Sequence record: PZ026127.1
Direction: 5' to 3' (one strand)
Length of the DNA stretch: 64,000 nucleotides
Origin: a phage
In this document: piece by piece, positions 63,481 through 64,000 of the stretch
How the letters are laid out: every line of letters starts with the position of its first letter
How positions within the stretch are numbered: position 1 is the first letter of the stretch
Program-made: the position numbers and the translations under genes
The notes under the pieces: model-generated
Seen by the model: the letters and a program-made list of their open reading frames with translations, nothing else
Databases searched by the model: none
What the model was told of the DNA's origin: nothing

Positions 63481-64000
63481 TTAATCATCTAAAAAAGCAT
63501 CATCAAATGCTGTAGGAGGAGCATCCTCTCCTCGTCCATTAATTACAACATAAGGATGTACGAATTCCGCCGCTTCAGCATTAATCTCATTGACCTCTTC
63601 ATATTGAATGTCGGAGATATCAGCCAATCCGTCGATATTCTTAACAGGCATTAAATCAAGCTCACTAAACTCAGGGATATTAATACCTTCATTTCTCTGT
63701 AATTCAGGGCGAAGTTCTTCACCATTGTAAATGAACTTGGTAGCGGTGATGCGCCGCTGGACGTTAGCTCCTACTTGATAGAATGGGTCGTAAGGTTGTA
63801 CCCAGTTAATTTCGAATAGGCTGTTGTCCATTGGGAAATAAATCAAATCACCTGAAACAGGTTCAGTGCCATTGCATTGATGTTTAAAAAGGTTAGGGTT
63901 AATTGTGATTGTTACTTCATCATTAACCATCATACCGAACTTACTGAAATAAGTATTGTCACCGGAATAACCTTCAAAGGAATCCAAATAACCTGCAAAT
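63481..64000 (-). CDS. 14: neck protein gp14 (partial; N-terminus beyond window end)
   Basis: C-terminal 168+ aa ([13 protein letters not shown]...[21 protein letters not shown]...[13 protein letters not shown]) match T4 gp14; frame open to the window edge. Confidence 0.85.
   Translation of the reverse strand, partial: FAGYLDSFEGYSGDNTYFSKFGMMVNDEVTITINPNLFKHQCNGTEPVSGDLIYFPMDNSLFEINWVQPYDPFYQVGANVQRRITATKFIYNGEELRPELQRNEGINIPEFSELDLMPVKNIDGLADISDIQYEEVNEINAEAAEFVHPYVVINGRGEDAPPTAFDDAFLDD

Overview
This window is a 64-kb segment of a T4-like myovirus genome, colinear with the T4 map but in inverted orientation. I could not pin down one unambiguous undescribed system; the strongest candidates are a tandem triplication of alt-like ADP-ribosyltransferase genes with a nearby NADAR-like candidate ADP-ribose eraser, and several orphan early cassettes of unknown function. 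All gene calls rest on recognising protein sequences and motifs from memory plus synteny; no database search was run. Gene order from start to end: long-tail-fibre genes 35 (partial) and 34; the early/middle DNA-metabolism block (rnh, dsbA, 33, 59, 32, frd, td, nrdA, nrdB, denA, rnlA, alc, spanin pair, pseT, cd, 31, rIII, DNA ligase 30) interleaved with about 25 small ORFs of unknown function; three alt-like genes; baseplate-hub genes 54-48-29-28-27-51 (minus strand) and 26-25 (plus strand); uvsY, uvsW, inh, hoc, rnlB; two tandem gene-24 copies; a free-standing GIY-YIG endonuclease; head genes 23-22-21-68-67-20; tail tube and sheath 19-18; terminase 17-16; and 15 and 14 (partial). td and nrdB are uninterrupted, with no group I introns. 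Regulatory signals readable from sequence include about ten T4-type early promoters (GTTTAC-N17/18-TAnTAT) embedded in stem-loop cassettes, MotA-box middle promoters, late promoters (TATAAATA) including overlapping divergent pairs, and a family of CUUCGG-loop hairpins. Several ORF-track starts are GTG/TTG or in-frame N-terminal extensions and were re-set to the ATG with a Shine-Dalgarno match; small motif coordinates may be off by 1-2 nt. No tRNA, rRNA or CRISPR array was found.
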